A DNA stretch of 64,000 nucleotides from Patescibacteria group bacterium (lineage in GTDB: Bacteria > Patescibacteriota > JABMPQ01), in NCBI GenBank assembly GCA_041749335.1, contig JBGTBM010000007.1, positions 149,957 through 213,956 of the forward strand, given 5' to 3'. This document shows, piece after piece, positions 10,400-20,394 of this stretch (its first letter is position 1; each line of letters starts with the position of its first letter). The notes beneath the pieces were generated by a model. That model ran no database searches. It worked only from the letters and a program-made list of their open reading frames with translations, and was not told where the DNA came from. Position numbers and translations under genes: made by a program.

Positions 10400-10417
10400 T
10401 TTAAAAAGTTTGTCATT

Positions 10418-12121
10418 TTGTGGTATAGTGTAAAAAATAGCTTATTTATGCAAAAGAGAACATATTGGATATTAATTATTGTATTGATTCTACTGATTAT
10501 AGCGATTGCAGCGTGTTTATTTTGGTTTATCAATAAGGAAAATATTTTTAATGAAGAAGATGGCGAATTAATCATTAGCAATAATGCCAATGAAGATGTT
10601 GTGGGGCCTGGGGGAAATAATTATATTTATTGGCTTCAAGAAATCGGGACGGAAAAAAATCTTATGGCGATGCGAGGAGATGGAAGGGAAGCAGGAAATG
10701 TGTTTGAAGATGATGCACCATGGCCCAATACGGGAATCGTGGAAATTGCTTCGGATGGCTCTAGGTATGCCTATCTCTGTCCTGATAACAAGAATAAAAT
10801 TTGCGTTTATAATTTAAATGATAAAAAACTTTTAAAGTTAGAGATTAAAAATGAAATTCAGGATTTATCATGGAGTAATGATGGTAAAAATATAATATTT
10901 ATCAGTAAAGATAATTATAACGGAAAAGAAAACAATATTATTGCTATTATAGATGCGGACGGCAATAATTATCGAGAGATTATTAGCGGAAATAATTTGC
11001 TCGGACAGCCTGCGATGCCCCTTATATCACCCAATGGTGAAAAAATATTATTCCAAATAAGCAAGGAAAATGGAAATCAGGGAATTTATATAATCAATAT
11101 CGACGGGCAAGAAATTAATCCATTGATTGATTCTGAAAAAAACGAGACAGACGCTCGATTTTCACCTGATGGAAATCGGGTGGTATATTGTGTTAAAAAT
11201 GGGACGGAACAAATTTATATAATGAATATTGATAGAAGCAATAATCAGCGATTGACTCAACTGGGAAATAATCACAAGCCGGATTTTTCACCGGATGGAG
11301 ATCGTATGGTATTTGTATCAGATCGAGATCATGGAGGAGTTTGGGAAATTTATGCTATGGATATTGATGGGGCAAATCAAACCAGGCTGACCAATAACGA
11401 TATTAATGATTTATGGCCTCGCTGGTCTAGCGATAAGATTAATATACAGGTGGAAGATGAGATAAACGATCCCGGCATTGTATTGAATTCGTTTATTATG
11501 GCAAAAATATCAGATACTGCGGAAGTTATTTTGGAATTGGTCCATCCGGACTCAAGATCAAATATGGATTTAATTAATCCCTATCGTAATCTATATTCTG
11601 AAGATGTTGTGAGCTATAATTTATTGGCAGAACAAGATATGGAAGGTGGAAAGAAAGAATTTGAAGTTGTGTTAAAATATCGAAACGATAAATTAGCAGA
11701 GCAAACTTTGTATTATCAGCTGGAACTTTATAATAATAACTGGGTTGTGTCTGATGTGAAATATAAAGAAGAAAGTATTGAAGATGAAAATAATATTTTA
11801 TCAAAGAATATTATTGTAGGCCCTATTGAAAACGACAGAACTGCTTTGGAAAATAAACAAGTGGCGGTTGATGATGGAAATGAGGTCTGGCTTTTAGATC
11901 CATATGAAGTTGCCAAAAGAGATAGTAATCATTATGGATTTGATCCGAACAAAGACATATACACACTGGTCTCTAAGGTTGAAATTGGCGATTATTCCGG
12001 AACAGGCGAGGCGACCATAGAAGTTAATCATGAAAATGATATTTATATCATCCAATTGATTCAGCCTACAAGGCCGGGAGATGATGGAATTTGGGCGTTA
12101 AATAATATAGTCAAAAAATAA
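10418..12121 (+). CDS. TolB-like WD40/PD40 beta-propeller protein with N-terminal TM anchor and an uncharacterised C-terminal domain
   Basis: Repeated PD40-like units ('FSPDGNRVVY', 'FSPDGDRMVFVSDRD', 'ISPNGEKILF', 'WSNDGKNIIFIS'). Confidence 0.65.
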   Translation: MWYSVKNSLFMQKRTYWILIIVLILLIIAIAACLFWFINKENIFNEEDGELIISNNANEDVVGPGGNNYIYWLQEIGTEKNLMAMRGDGREAGNVFEDDAPWPNTGIVEIASDGSRYAYLCPDNKNKICVYNLNDKKLLKLEIKNEIQDLSWSNDGKNIIFISKDNYNGKENNIIAIIDADGNNYREIISGNNLLGQPAMPLISPNGEKILFQISKENGNQGIYIINIDGQEINPLIDSEKNETDARFSPDGNRVVYCVKNGTEQIYIMNIDRSNNQRLTQLGNNHKPDFSPDGDRMVFVSDRDHGGVWEIYAMDIDGANQTRLTNNDINDLWPRWSSDKINIQVEDEINDPGIVLNSFIMAKISDTAEVILELVHPDSRSNMDLINPYRNLYSEDVVSYNLLAEQDMEGGKKEFEVVLKYRNDKLAEQTLYYQLELYNNNWVVSDVKYKEESIEDENNILSKNIIVGPIENDRTALENKQVAVDDGNEVWLLDPYEVAKRDSNHYGFDPNKDIYTLVSKVEIGDYSGTGEATIEVNHENDIYIIQLIQPTRPGDDGIWALNNIVKK

Positions 12122-12131
12122 AATAAACAAA

Positions 12132-13244
12132 ATGGAACAAAATAAACAAACACAAGGAGTGGCAAGAGAAATTAATCGTCGTGATATTAAAAGCAGACCA
12201 AATAGAGTTTTATGGTTTTTTATAGTTCTAATTCTAATTGTGGGCTTAGGGGCGGCAGGCTATTATTTATACGGAAAAATTTTTAAGAATCAGGCAGAAA
12301 TTGATGATGGTTTTGCAGATAGTGTTCGATATATTGAAATTTCAGCGGAAAAAGCCAAAGAAATGTTAGATAGTAATAAAGATTTAATTATATTGGATAT
12401 TTCCAATAATTATATTAATGGGCATATTCCGACGGCGATAAATATCGAATTAAAAGATCTTGCGGAAAATTTAAGCGAACTTGATCAAAATGATGATATT
12501 TTAATATACGGAAGATTTTATATGAATAGCGTGGAAGCGGCAAAAATATTAACGGATAATAATTTCAATAAAGTTTATCGTTTGCGGGGGGAATTTGATG
12601 CTTGGGTTAGCGAGGGTTATGATATTGAAACCGGCGAGGGATCTGGCATGAAAAAAGATAGCGATAATGATGGAATTTCCGACAAGGAAGAGGAGGCCCT
12701 GGGTTCCGATCCGCATGATCCGGATACAGACAAGGATGGCTTGCTGGATGGCGATGAAATAAAATTAGGAACCGATATTACCAATCCGGATACAGACAGT
12801 GATGGCTTTTTAGATGGAGATGAAGTTGATGACGGATATGATCCACTTTCCAAGCCGGAAGATTTACAAAATAAAATCAGAGAATTAGAGGAAATTGATT
12901 TGGAAACGGTCAATATGTCTAATGTAGAGGGAACTGCCAGCAGGTATATGAGCAAAGGAAATTATTATTTAGAGGTTTCCGGCATTTTACCTAAACTGGA
13001 AGAAAAAAACAAATATATAGTTTTTTTGATAAATGATAATTCCGGTGAAAAAGTCAGAACAGGAGAATTAATATATGTGAAAGATATAAGCTCTGAAGAA
13101 GATGATGAAAATAATTATGCGCAGTACTCTTTAGAGTATCAAACTCATCTAGATTATTATGATTATTACTTAGTTGAATTAGATATTCAGCAAGAAATCG
13201 ACTCAGTTACTATAATGCGAGGAGAATTTCAAAGAAGTGAATAA
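12132..13244 (+). CDS. Membrane-anchored rhodanese-domain protein with thrombospondin type-3 (Ca-binding) repeats
   Basis: An N-terminal TM helix, a rhodanese fold ('ILIYGRFYMNSVEAAKIL...YRLRGEFDAWVSEGYD'), then three DxDxDGxxDxxE repeats ('DSDNDGISDKEE', 'DTDKDGLLDGDE', 'DTDSDGFLDGDE'). Confidence 0.65.
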   Translation: MEQNKQTQGVAREINRRDIKSRPNRVLWFFIVLILIVGLGAAGYYLYGKIFKNQAEIDDGFADSVRYIEISAEKAKEMLDSNKDLIILDISNNYINGHIPTAINIELKDLAENLSELDQNDDILIYGRFYMNSVEAAKILTDNNFNKVYRLRGEFDAWVSEGYDIETGEGSGMKKDSDNDGISDKEEEALGSDPHDPDTDKDGLLDGDEIKLGTDITNPDTDSDGFLDGDEVDDGYDPLSKPEDLQNKIRELEEIDLETVNMSNVEGTASRYMSKGNYYLEVSGILPKLEEKNKYIVFLINDNSGEKVRTGELIYVKDISSEEDDENNYAQYSLEYQTHLDYYDYYLVELDIQQEIDSVTIMRGEFQRSE

Positions 13245-13325
13245 AAAAATATTGACATAAATATAATAATTGCTATTATCGTATTGGGAGATGGAGAAGA
13301 GGTAAAAAGAAGGCGGATAAAAAAA

Positions 13326-13355
13326 GAGCGGCTCTCTACAATGCCGCTCTTTTTG
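13326..13355. terminator. Bidirectional intrinsic terminator between convergent genes
   Basis: An 8 bp stem AGAGCGGC/GCCGCTCT flanked by an A-run upstream and TTTTTG downstream. Confidence 0.55.
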
Positions 13356-13365
13356 TTATCTAAAA

Positions 13366-16300
13366 CTATTTTTTCTTGAATAATTTATTTGTTATGCTTG
13401 TAAGACTATAGTATATAACTGGTGTTATTAATAATGTTAGAATAGTTGAAATTATTAGTCCCGAAATCATGGCAACACCCAAGGGTTTCCAGAAAGATAT
13501 TGTTACTGTTAAAGGAAAAATTCCTCCTATGGTGGTTATTGAAGTTGATAATACAGAACGTATTCTAAGTTTTGTTCCTTCTTTAACCGCTTTTTTTAAA
13601 GTTTTTCCTTCATCTCTTAGCTTGTTAAAGCGGTCTAGTAGTACAATTGAATCATTTACTACAATGCCCGCTAATGCAATAATTCCCAATAAACCTAAAA
13701 AGCTGATAGGGGTTTTTGTTAGATAGAGCCCAAAGAATACGCCGATCATGGAAAGGGGAATAACAAGCATAATAATAAAAGGCTGAAGAAAAGATTTGAA
13801 TTGAAAAACCAAAACCATAAAGATCAATATTAGGGCGAAGATAAAAGCTTGCTTAAAATCGGAAAAAGCGTTATCTTCTTCTTCAAATTCTCCCCGAAAA
13901 GTGATAGCGTCGATATTTATTCCTAGTTCATTGAGCTTATTGTCATTGTAATAATCTTTGATTCTTTTAATTATTTCATTTGAATCCACATTATCTTTGA
14001 GTGATGCCTTTACTTCTACGTATCGTGTATTATCATAATGTTTGATGCTTTTTAACTCATCTACTTTTTCAACTTTACTTACATCATTTAGTTTAATTGG
14101 TCCGGTCGGGGAATTAAAAATATTGATATTTTTAAGCTGATCAATTTTATTAGTGTCAATTAGCGTATTTAAATACAGATCAACGTTTTTATTGGATTCT
14201 TTGTCAAATACTTCACCAATTTTTTCAGGTTGATAAATATTTCTGATTATTTGAGCAACTTGTACTGAAGGAACGCCATAAAAATTTAGCTTATTGCGGT
14301 CTATTTGAATATTGATTTGTGGAGATTTATCATTTTGGACGCCGTCGCTAATTTTATTTATTTCATCTTGATTTCTAAGAAAATTTGCTAAATCGATAGC
14401 TGTATTCTTGGCAATGCTTAAGTCGTCATTTGCAATTTGAACTTCAACGGGGAATTCAGCCTTGGGCGGACCTAAACTAAAATTTGAAGCTTGAATTTCT
14501 ACATCTTTTATATTTGCTAATTTATCCTCGATTTTATCGATTACATCCGTGCTGGTAAGTTCACGTTTCCGCATATCAATCAATTTTACAATTAAGGAAT
14601 CTTGGCTGGAAGCAGATGCAAAAGGACCGCCAAATATAGAGAAAGGTGCATAGCTAACCATTATTTTGGAAATTTCAACATCTTCAATAAACAATTCTTC
14701 TATTTTAGCTCCGATTTGGTTTAAAATTTTATCTTTAGTTTCTTCAGATGTGCCCGGAGGATATTTGGCGGATATTTGAAAAAAATCCATATCATCTTCG
14801 GCTGGCCAGAGATCAACAATAACTCTGCCTGAAGCCGGCAATGATATGCTGGCAGCAAATAATCCGAGTACTATTAATATGATCGCAATTTTTTTAAAAC
14901 GAGAATTTAAAATATTTCCAAGCCTGTTGATATATTTATTAACTAGCTTCCATTCGATATTGCCTTCTTGATCAATTTTATTTTGTTGGCGGTGGGATAA
15001 TTTTAAAAGGGTTTTTCCCAGGAATGGGATTATGCTAAGCGATATTAACAATGCTCCTGATAAAACAGTAATAACGGTATAAGGAATAAATTTTATAAAT
15101 TCCCCGGTAATTCCACCCATCATTGCTATTGGAATAAATACTAAAATTGTTGTAAGCGTCGAAGTGATAATCGGTCCGCCAACATCAGATACGGATTTTA
15201 TCGCCGCATCCTTTTTGCTCAGTCCGATTTGTAAATTATGCTGAATGCCTTCGACTATCACAATTGTAGTATCTACCAGAATTCCCAGAGTCAATATCAA
15301 GGAAAATAGAGTAACGGTATTCAATGTAAGATTAGTAAAACTAAAAACGAGAAAAACAAATAAAAGTGATAATGGAATAGACAAAGCTATTACCAATGAG
15401 CTGCGCAATGAAATAAAAACAAATAATACAATGAAAATTATTATTAGGCCTTGCCAAGCACTTCTAATCAGGTCCCCAATTTGTTGTCTGGCTTCATCTG
15501 CTTCGTCATAAACTAGAATTGCTTCGATATCTTGATCAAGCTTATTCTTTTTTAATTCAGATAATTTTTCCGTGATCTCATCTGAAATTTGAATTAGGTT
15601 TGAATTCTTAATCGTAGTGATAGAAATACTTAAGCTTTTATTAGAAATTAACTTTCCATCTTTTAAATAACCGGTTCGGGGCATGCGGTTGTCGGTCTGG
15701 TAAATATCTTTTATTGATGCTACGTCTTTAAGTAAAATCGGTTGATTCTTATTTGAGCCAACTTTAATTTCTTTAATTTCTTTATAATCTTTTATTCGCC
15801 CATCGACTTGAATTGGATAACTTTTATCATTTTCTTGAAAATATCCTCCAGGAAGACTAATGTTGTTGCTTTTTATGGCGTTGGTGATGTCTTGGTAGTT
15901 CAGCTGGTACTGGGAAAGTTTGTTAAAGTCTATTTCTATGTTAATTTTTCTTTCAGCGCCTCCCAAAATATTAATTTCCTTAACGCCCCCTACGCTATTT
16001 AATTCATCCTTAATTATCTTGGCGTTTTCAGTTAATTGTTTGTTATTATATGGACCGACTACGTTTATTAGTATGCTCAAACTGCTGGCATCAAATTTTA
16101 CCACTGAGGGATTTTCAGCATCATCGGGAAGTAGATCTTTAGCATTTTCAATATTTTGTCTTAATTTATCTACGCTTCTGTCAATATCTGCGTCGGCGTT
16201 AAAGGTTATTGTTATAGCCGAATAACCCTCCATTGAAGAGGATTCTATGGTTTTAACGTTTTCGGAGCTGCTGGCCGCTTTTTCCAGCGGATTGGTTATT

Positions 16301-16506
16301 TTCTCTTCTACATCCTGCGGAGTAGCACCGGTATAAATGGTATTAATGCCGGCATAGGGTATATCTACTCTCGGCATTCCTTCTTTTGGTAATTTAAAAA
16401 CACCTAATATCCCGCCGACAACCATTAAAATAATTATTATTAAAGATATTTGGTAATTTTTGATAAAAAATTTGGCGAATTTGCCAACCGGCTTAATATT
16501 ATTCAT
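13366..16506 (-). CDS. RND superfamily transporter (AcrB/MMPL-like)
   Basis: 1046 aa with two TM bundles (around residues 340-500 and 880-1040) separated by large soluble loops. The N-terminus 'VKNYQISLIIIILMVVGGI' is AcrB-like. Confidence 0.7.
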   Translation of the reverse strand: MNNIKPVGKFAKFFIKNYQISLIIIILMVVGGILGVFKLPKEGMPRVDIPYAGINTIYTGATPQDVEEKITNPLEKAASSSENVKTIESSSMEGYSAITITFNADADIDRSVDKLRQNIENAKDLLPDDAENPSVVKFDASSLSILINVVGPYNNKQLTENAKIIKDELNSVGGVKEINILGGAERKINIEIDFNKLSQYQLNYQDITNAIKSNNISLPGGYFQENDKSYPIQVDGRIKDYKEIKEIKVGSNKNQPILLKDVASIKDIYQTDNRMPRTGYLKDGKLISNKSLSISITTIKNSNLIQISDEITEKLSELKKNKLDQDIEAILVYDEADEARQQIGDLIRSAWQGLIIIFIVLFVFISLRSSLVIALSIPLSLLFVFLVFSFTNLTLNTVTLFSLILTLGILVDTTIVIVEGIQHNLQIGLSKKDAAIKSVSDVGGPIITSTLTTILVFIPIAMMGGITGEFIKFIPYTVITVLSGALLISLSIIPFLGKTLLKLSHRQQNKIDQEGNIEWKLVNKYINRLGNILNSRFKKIAIILIVLGLFAASISLPASGRVIVDLWPAEDDMDFFQISAKYPPGTSEETKDKILNQIGAKIEELFIEDVEISKIMVSYAPFSIFGGPFASASSQDSLIVKLIDMRKRELTSTDVIDKIEDKLANIKDVEIQASNFSLGPPKAEFPVEVQIANDDLSIAKNTAIDLANFLRNQDEINKISDGVQNDKSPQINIQIDRNKLNFYGVPSVQVAQIIRNIYQPEKIGEVFDKESNKNVDLYLNTLIDTNKIDQLKNINIFNSPTGPIKLNDVSKVEKVDELKSIKHYDNTRYVEVKASLKDNVDSNEIIKRIKDYYNDNKLNELGINIDAITFRGEFEEEDNAFSDFKQAFIFALILIFMVLVFQFKSFLQPFIIMLVIPLSMIGVFFGLYLTKTPISFLGLLGIIALAGIVVNDSIVLLDRFNKLRDEGKTLKKAVKEGTKLRIRSVLSTSITTIGGIFPLTVTISFWKPLGVAMISGLIISTILTLLITPVIYYSLTSITNKLFKKK

Positions 16507-16588
16507 ATTTTTATTAATTTAATGTAAAAGTAATATAAATCAAAATTAATATTAAAACAATATTTTATCTTATATAAATAAGATGATT

Positions 16589-16598
16589 TTGCTATAAT
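16589..16598 (+). promoter_or_regulatory. Extended -10 promoter element (TGcTATAAT)
   Basis: 'ttTGcTATAAT' lies about 22 nt upstream of the 16620 start codon. Confidence 0.35.
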
Positions 16599-16619
16599 AA
16601 AAAAAAATAATAAAACAAT

Positions 16620-16946
16620 ATGGAAAATAGAAAAAATGTTATATATGGCATGCTTACTGGTCTTTTGGCAGTACTATATTGCATTTTGGTGGCACTTTTT
16701 ATGTTTAATATAAATAAATTATTTAGCGATGACAATAATGGCCTATTGGGCATCATTGCCGCCTTGATTCTATTGGTTATTAGCGCTGCAATTACTGGAT
16801 CATTGGTTTTTGCTTATCCGGCTTATTTGTTTATCAATAAAAAATTTAAATCTGGACTTTACGCCTTTTTAGCAAACATAATTTCAATAATTATTTTGGG
16901 GATAATAATATTTATTATTATTTTATTAACATATAAATTTTTCTAA
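16620..16946 (+). CDS. Hypothetical small membrane protein
   Basis: Three predicted TM helices, 108 aa. Confidence 0.4.
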   Translation: MENRKNVIYGMLTGLLAVLYCILVALFMFNINKLFSDDNNGLLGIIAALILLVISAAITGSLVFAYPAYLFINKKFKSGLYAFLANIISIIILGIIIFIIILLTYKFF

Positions 16947-17386
16947 TGACAAAGATCGAGTATTCCGCTGGAGGAATAGTATATAGAAATAATGGAAAAA
17001 AAATACAATTTTTGTTTATTTTAGATCCCTATGGGAAATGGGCTTTTCCCAAGGGACATATTGAAGAGGGCGAAAAAACAGTCGACGCCGCCTTGAGAGA
17101 GGTTAGTGAAGAAACCGGGATTAATATAAGTGATATGAATATAATTACAGAAATTGGCGCGACAGATTTCCGGTTTTCCCAAGAAGGCAAAAAAATTCAT
17201 AAGTTTCTGAAATTATATTTAATCAAGGCAAGGTATGATGTGGTGGTTAAACCTCAACTGGCAGAAAAAATAAAAAAAGTAAAATGGGTAGATATTAATA
17301 AATCTTTAGCCTTTTTTGATTATGAAAATGGGAAAGAAGCATTAATTAGAGCAAATGATTATTTAAAAACACATCATGGAATATAA
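16946..17386 (+). CDS. NUDIX hydrolase
   Basis: Nudix box 'GKWAFPKGHIEEGEKTVDAALREVSEETGI' (GX5EX7REUXEEXGU). Confidence 0.8.
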   Translation: MTKIEYSAGGIVYRNNGKKIQFLFILDPYGKWAFPKGHIEEGEKTVDAALREVSEETGINISDMNIITEIGATDFRFSQEGKKIHKFLKLYLIKARYDVVVKPQLAEKIKKVKWVDINKSLAFFDYENGKEALIRANDYLKTHHGI

Positions 17387-17726
17387 ATTAATATTAGTAT
17401 TATCTTTGTTAATAGCTATTCTGTTAATTTTACTTCTAAATTCCAGGAAAAAAATAAAAGAATTAAAATTTTCTAAACGCAGCATTTCTTCCAAATATGG
17501 CAAAATGACTGAGCAATTTATGCCATTCATTGATGATTATCCGTATAATCCGCAAAATTTTAGATTTTTGGGGACTCCGATAGATGGTGTACAATTTGAG
17601 GATGATAAAATTGTTTTTATTGAATTTAAGGCATCGAATTCTCATCTAAATAATAAGCAGAAATTAATTAGAAATTTGGTTGATCGAGGCGATGTAATTT
17701 TTGAAGAGCATAATTTAGATTTATAA
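17376..17726 (+). CDS. Putative Holliday-junction-resolvase-related endonuclease (Endonuc_Holl-like)
   Basis: 'FRFLGTPIDGVQFEDDKIVFIEFKASNSHLNNKQKLIRNLVDRGDV.FE' resembles the PF10107 family. Recalled from memory, not searched. Confidence 0.4.
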   Translation: MEYKLILVLSLLIAILLILLLNSRKKIKELKFSKRSISSKYGKMTEQFMPFIDDYPYNPQNFRFLGTPIDGVQFEDDKIVFIEFKASNSHLNNKQKLIRNLVDRGDVIFEEHNLDL

Positions 17727-17736
17727 ATAATTAAAT

Positions 17737-17877
17737 ATGGTAAATCCAGAAAATCCATTCGATCGAGCGGAGAAAAAGCGTGAAGCAGCGCGCGATTCAT
17801 CTTTGTCGAATACAATCAAAGGAAAAATAAAGCTGCGAAAACAAAAACAAAGCAATAAAGAAATAAAGCGTAAATAA
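17737..17877 (+). CDS. Possible small basic protein (46 aa), not in the ORF track
   Basis: ATG..TAA ORF 'MVNPENPFDRAEKKREAARDSSLSNTIKGKIKLRKQKQSNKEIKRK' fills the gap and ends 1 nt before the permease start. No Shine-Dalgarno sequence. Confidence 0.25.
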   Translation: MVNPENPFDRAEKKREAARDSSLSNTIKGKIKLRKQKQSNKEIKRK

Positions 17878-19026
17878 ATGTACGCGATGAATAAGAAGAT
17901 TTTTTCTGCAATAGTTATTTTTACCGGGACGGTAGTTGGCGCGGGAATTTTTGGCATCCCTTATGTAGTAGCCAGTATTGGTTTTTTCCCTGGAGTTATT
18001 TATCTAATAATTTTAGGGGCGGTTTTATGTGTTGTTATGCTTACTTATGGCGAAATCACTTTACGAACCAAAAAATTTCATCAATCGGCCGGTTATGCTC
18101 ATAAATATTTAGGCAAATGGGGAAAATTAGCGATGTCATTCTCTTTGATATTCGGTATATATGGTGCGCTTTTAGCTTATATGATCGGCATAGGGGACTT
18201 TCTCTTTACTTTATTGGGAGATTACTTGGGCGGCAGTCCGATTTTGTATTCGACCATCTTTTTTATAATGGGCAGTGCTGCTATTATGTTTGGTTTAGGC
18301 ATGGTAATAAAAATGGAAAAAGGCATGTTTTTACTTTTGTTGGTAGCAGCTATGCTTATTTTTATTCTCGGTTTTAGTAAAGTTGATTTAAATAATTTTA
18401 CTACTTTAAATTTAGCTAATATATTTTTGCCTTTTGGCGTGATTTTATTTGCTTATTCAGGATTTTCCGCTATCCCCGACATGAGCAGGGTTTTAGATGG
18501 AAGTAAAAAAAATCTTAAAAAGGCCATTATTATTGGCACCGTAATAGTAGTTATAGTTTACTTAGCATTTACTTTTATTATCGTAGGGATTTCCGGAAAA
18601 GATACGTCTGAAGAAGCAATCGTCGGATTGAAAGGAATATTAGGAAGTAAAATTGTAATAATTGGCGCAATATTTGGTATCTTGGCCATGGCAACTTCTT
18701 TTTTAACTCTGGGCCTGGCTCTGAAAGAAGTTTATAACTATGATTACGGGGTTGATAAAACACTAGCTTGGGTATTAACTTGCTTTATTCCTTTTATCCT
18801 TCTTATTCTGGGCTTATCTAGCTTTATAGATGTACTTGGAATTGTCGGATCTTTAACTGGAGGAATTTCCAGCATTTTGATATTAGCCATGCATAAAAAA
18901 GCTCAGAAGAGCGGGGATCGGAAGCCGGAATATTCTCTTGAATTGTCTAAATCTGTCATATATTTATTGTATATAATTTTTATTCTTGGTATTATCTACC
19001 AGATATATTATTTGTTTTTAAAATAA
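17878..19026 (+). CDS. Aromatic amino acid (Trp/Tyr) permease family transporter
   Basis: Eleven predicted TM helices, with an N-terminus 'IFTGTVVGAGIFGIPYVVA' typical of Trp_Tyr_perm / HAAAP transporters. Confidence 0.65.
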   Translation: MYAMNKKIFSAIVIFTGTVVGAGIFGIPYVVASIGFFPGVIYLIILGAVLCVVMLTYGEITLRTKKFHQSAGYAHKYLGKWGKLAMSFSLIFGIYGALLAYMIGIGDFLFTLLGDYLGGSPILYSTIFFIMGSAAIMFGLGMVIKMEKGMFLLLLVAAMLIFILGFSKVDLNNFTTLNLANIFLPFGVILFAYSGFSAIPDMSRVLDGSKKNLKKAIIIGTVIVVIVYLAFTFIIVGISGKDTSEEAIVGLKGILGSKIVIIGAIFGILAMATSFLTLGLALKEVYNYDYGVDKTLAWVLTCFIPFILLILGLSSFIDVLGIVGSLTGGISSILILAMHKKAQKSGDRKPEYSLELSKSVIYLLYIIFILGIIYQIYYLFLK

Positions 19027-19059
19027 TTTAATAAAATATCATTATAATAATTATTTTAT

Positions 19060-20394
19060 ATGTTGTCCGAAATTAAAAAATATATTCCTAAACCTTTAAT
19101 GCGTCTTTATCACGTCTTTTTGGCAGTGGCGGCTGTTTTGTGGTATTGGTTCCCCTCAAATAAGTTAATTGTAGTTGGCGTTACCGGCACTAATGGTAAA
19201 ACTACAACATGTAACATGATAGCCAAAATCTTGGAAGAAGCCGGCTATAAGGTTGGCTTGATGACAACTGCTAATTTTAAAATTGGCGAAGAAGAGTGGA
19301 TAAATAAAACTAAGCAGACAATGCAAGGAAGATTTCGATTACAAAAATTTATTAGAAAAATAGTAAGAGAGGGGTGTGATTATGTCGTCATCGAAACATC
19401 TTCCGAGGGGATTGCTCAATATCGCCATCTCGGAATAAATTATGATATTGTTGTGCTTACCAATTTAACTCCCGAACACATAGAATCACACGGCTCATTT
19501 GAAAAATATAAGGAGGCTAAGGGAAAGTTATTTAAAAAATTATTAACTTCTAATTATAAATCTAAAAAAGGGAAAAAGGTTGACAAAGTGTCGGTAGTTA
19601 ATTTAGATAGTCCTCACACGGCTTATTTTTTGGATTTTTTTGCTGAAAAAAAATATGGCTTTGGTAAATTTGTATCTAAAAATGTTAAAGAAATATTTAA
19701 AAGCGTCGATGACTTTTTTCTTTTTGGAGAAGAGGAGCTGAAAAATCATGGAAGCAAATTTATTTATAAAGGGGTGAGATTTAATTTAGCCATTTTAGGA
19801 AAATTTAATATATATAATGCCGCAGCAGCAGCTTGTGTTGGTTTATCGCAAGGCATTAAAGTTGAAATTATTAAAAATGCTCTTGAGAAAATAAAAAATA
19901 TTCCCGGAAGAATGGAATTGATTAATGAAGGCCAGAATTTTAGTCTAATTGTTGATTACGCGCATGAGCCAGCCGCTTTAAAGAATGTTTTCTTGTCGAT
20001 CAAGCCGCATGCTTTAGGTAAAATTATTAGTGTTTTAGGATCGTGCGGAGGAGGAAGAGATAAAGCGCGAAGGCCCATACTGGGCAAAATAGCGGCTAAA
20101 TACGCTGATCTGGTGATAGTTACCAACGAGGATCCATATGACGAAGAGCCGGAGGTGATAATTGATCAGGTTGCAGAAGGAGCTTTATTGCAGGGAAAAA
20201 TTATGGGTAAAAATTTGTTTAAAATAATTGATCGGAAGGAAGCCATAAAGTTAGCAGTACAAAATGCAGATTCAAAAGACATCGTTCTTATAACTGGCAA
20301 GGGATCTGAACAATGTATAGTTGTCAGGGGAGGGAAAAAAATTGATTGGGACGATAGAAAAGTAAGTCGAGAGGTATTAAAAAATAAAATATAA
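19060..20394 (+). CDS. Mur ligase family protein (MurE-like)
   Basis: ATP-binding 'VVGVTGTNGKTTT' and a Mur ligase middle domain ('VIETSSEGIAQYRHLGINYDIVVLTNLTPEHIESHGSFEKYKEAK'). The usual N-terminal domain is replaced by a short hydrophobic segment. Confidence 0.6.
   Translation: MLSEIKKYIPKPLMRLYHVFLAVAAVLWYWFPSNKLIVVGVTGTNGKTTTCNMIAKILEEAGYKVGLMTTANFKIGEEEWINKTKQTMQGRFRLQKFIRKIVREGCDYVVIETSSEGIAQYRHLGINYDIVVLTNLTPEHIESHGSFEKYKEAKGKLFKKLLTSNYKSKKGKKVDKVSVVNLDSPHTAYFLDFFAEKKYGFGKFVSKNVKEIFKSVDDFFLFGEEELKNHGSKFIYKGVRFNLAILGKFNIYNAAAAACVGLSQGIKVEIIKNALEKIKNIPGRMELINEGQNFSLIVDYAHEPAALKNVFLSIKPHALGKIISVLGSCGGGRDKARRPILGKIAAKYADLVIVTNEDPYDEEPEVIIDQVAEGALLQGKIMGKNLFKIIDRKEAIKLAVQNADSKDIVLITGKGSEQCIVVRGGKKIDWDDRKVSREVLKNKI

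Noticed and set aside
12617-12955. 112 aa minus-strand Ser/Pro-rich ORF
   Set aside because: It is antisense to the TSP3-repeat region of the rhodanese gene. Its low complexity mirrors the repeats.
13251-13285. TTGACA...TATTAT promoter-like hexamers after the rhodanese gene
   Set aside because: It points into the 3' end of the convergent RND gene with no downstream plus-strand ORF. This is likely chance in AT-rich DNA.
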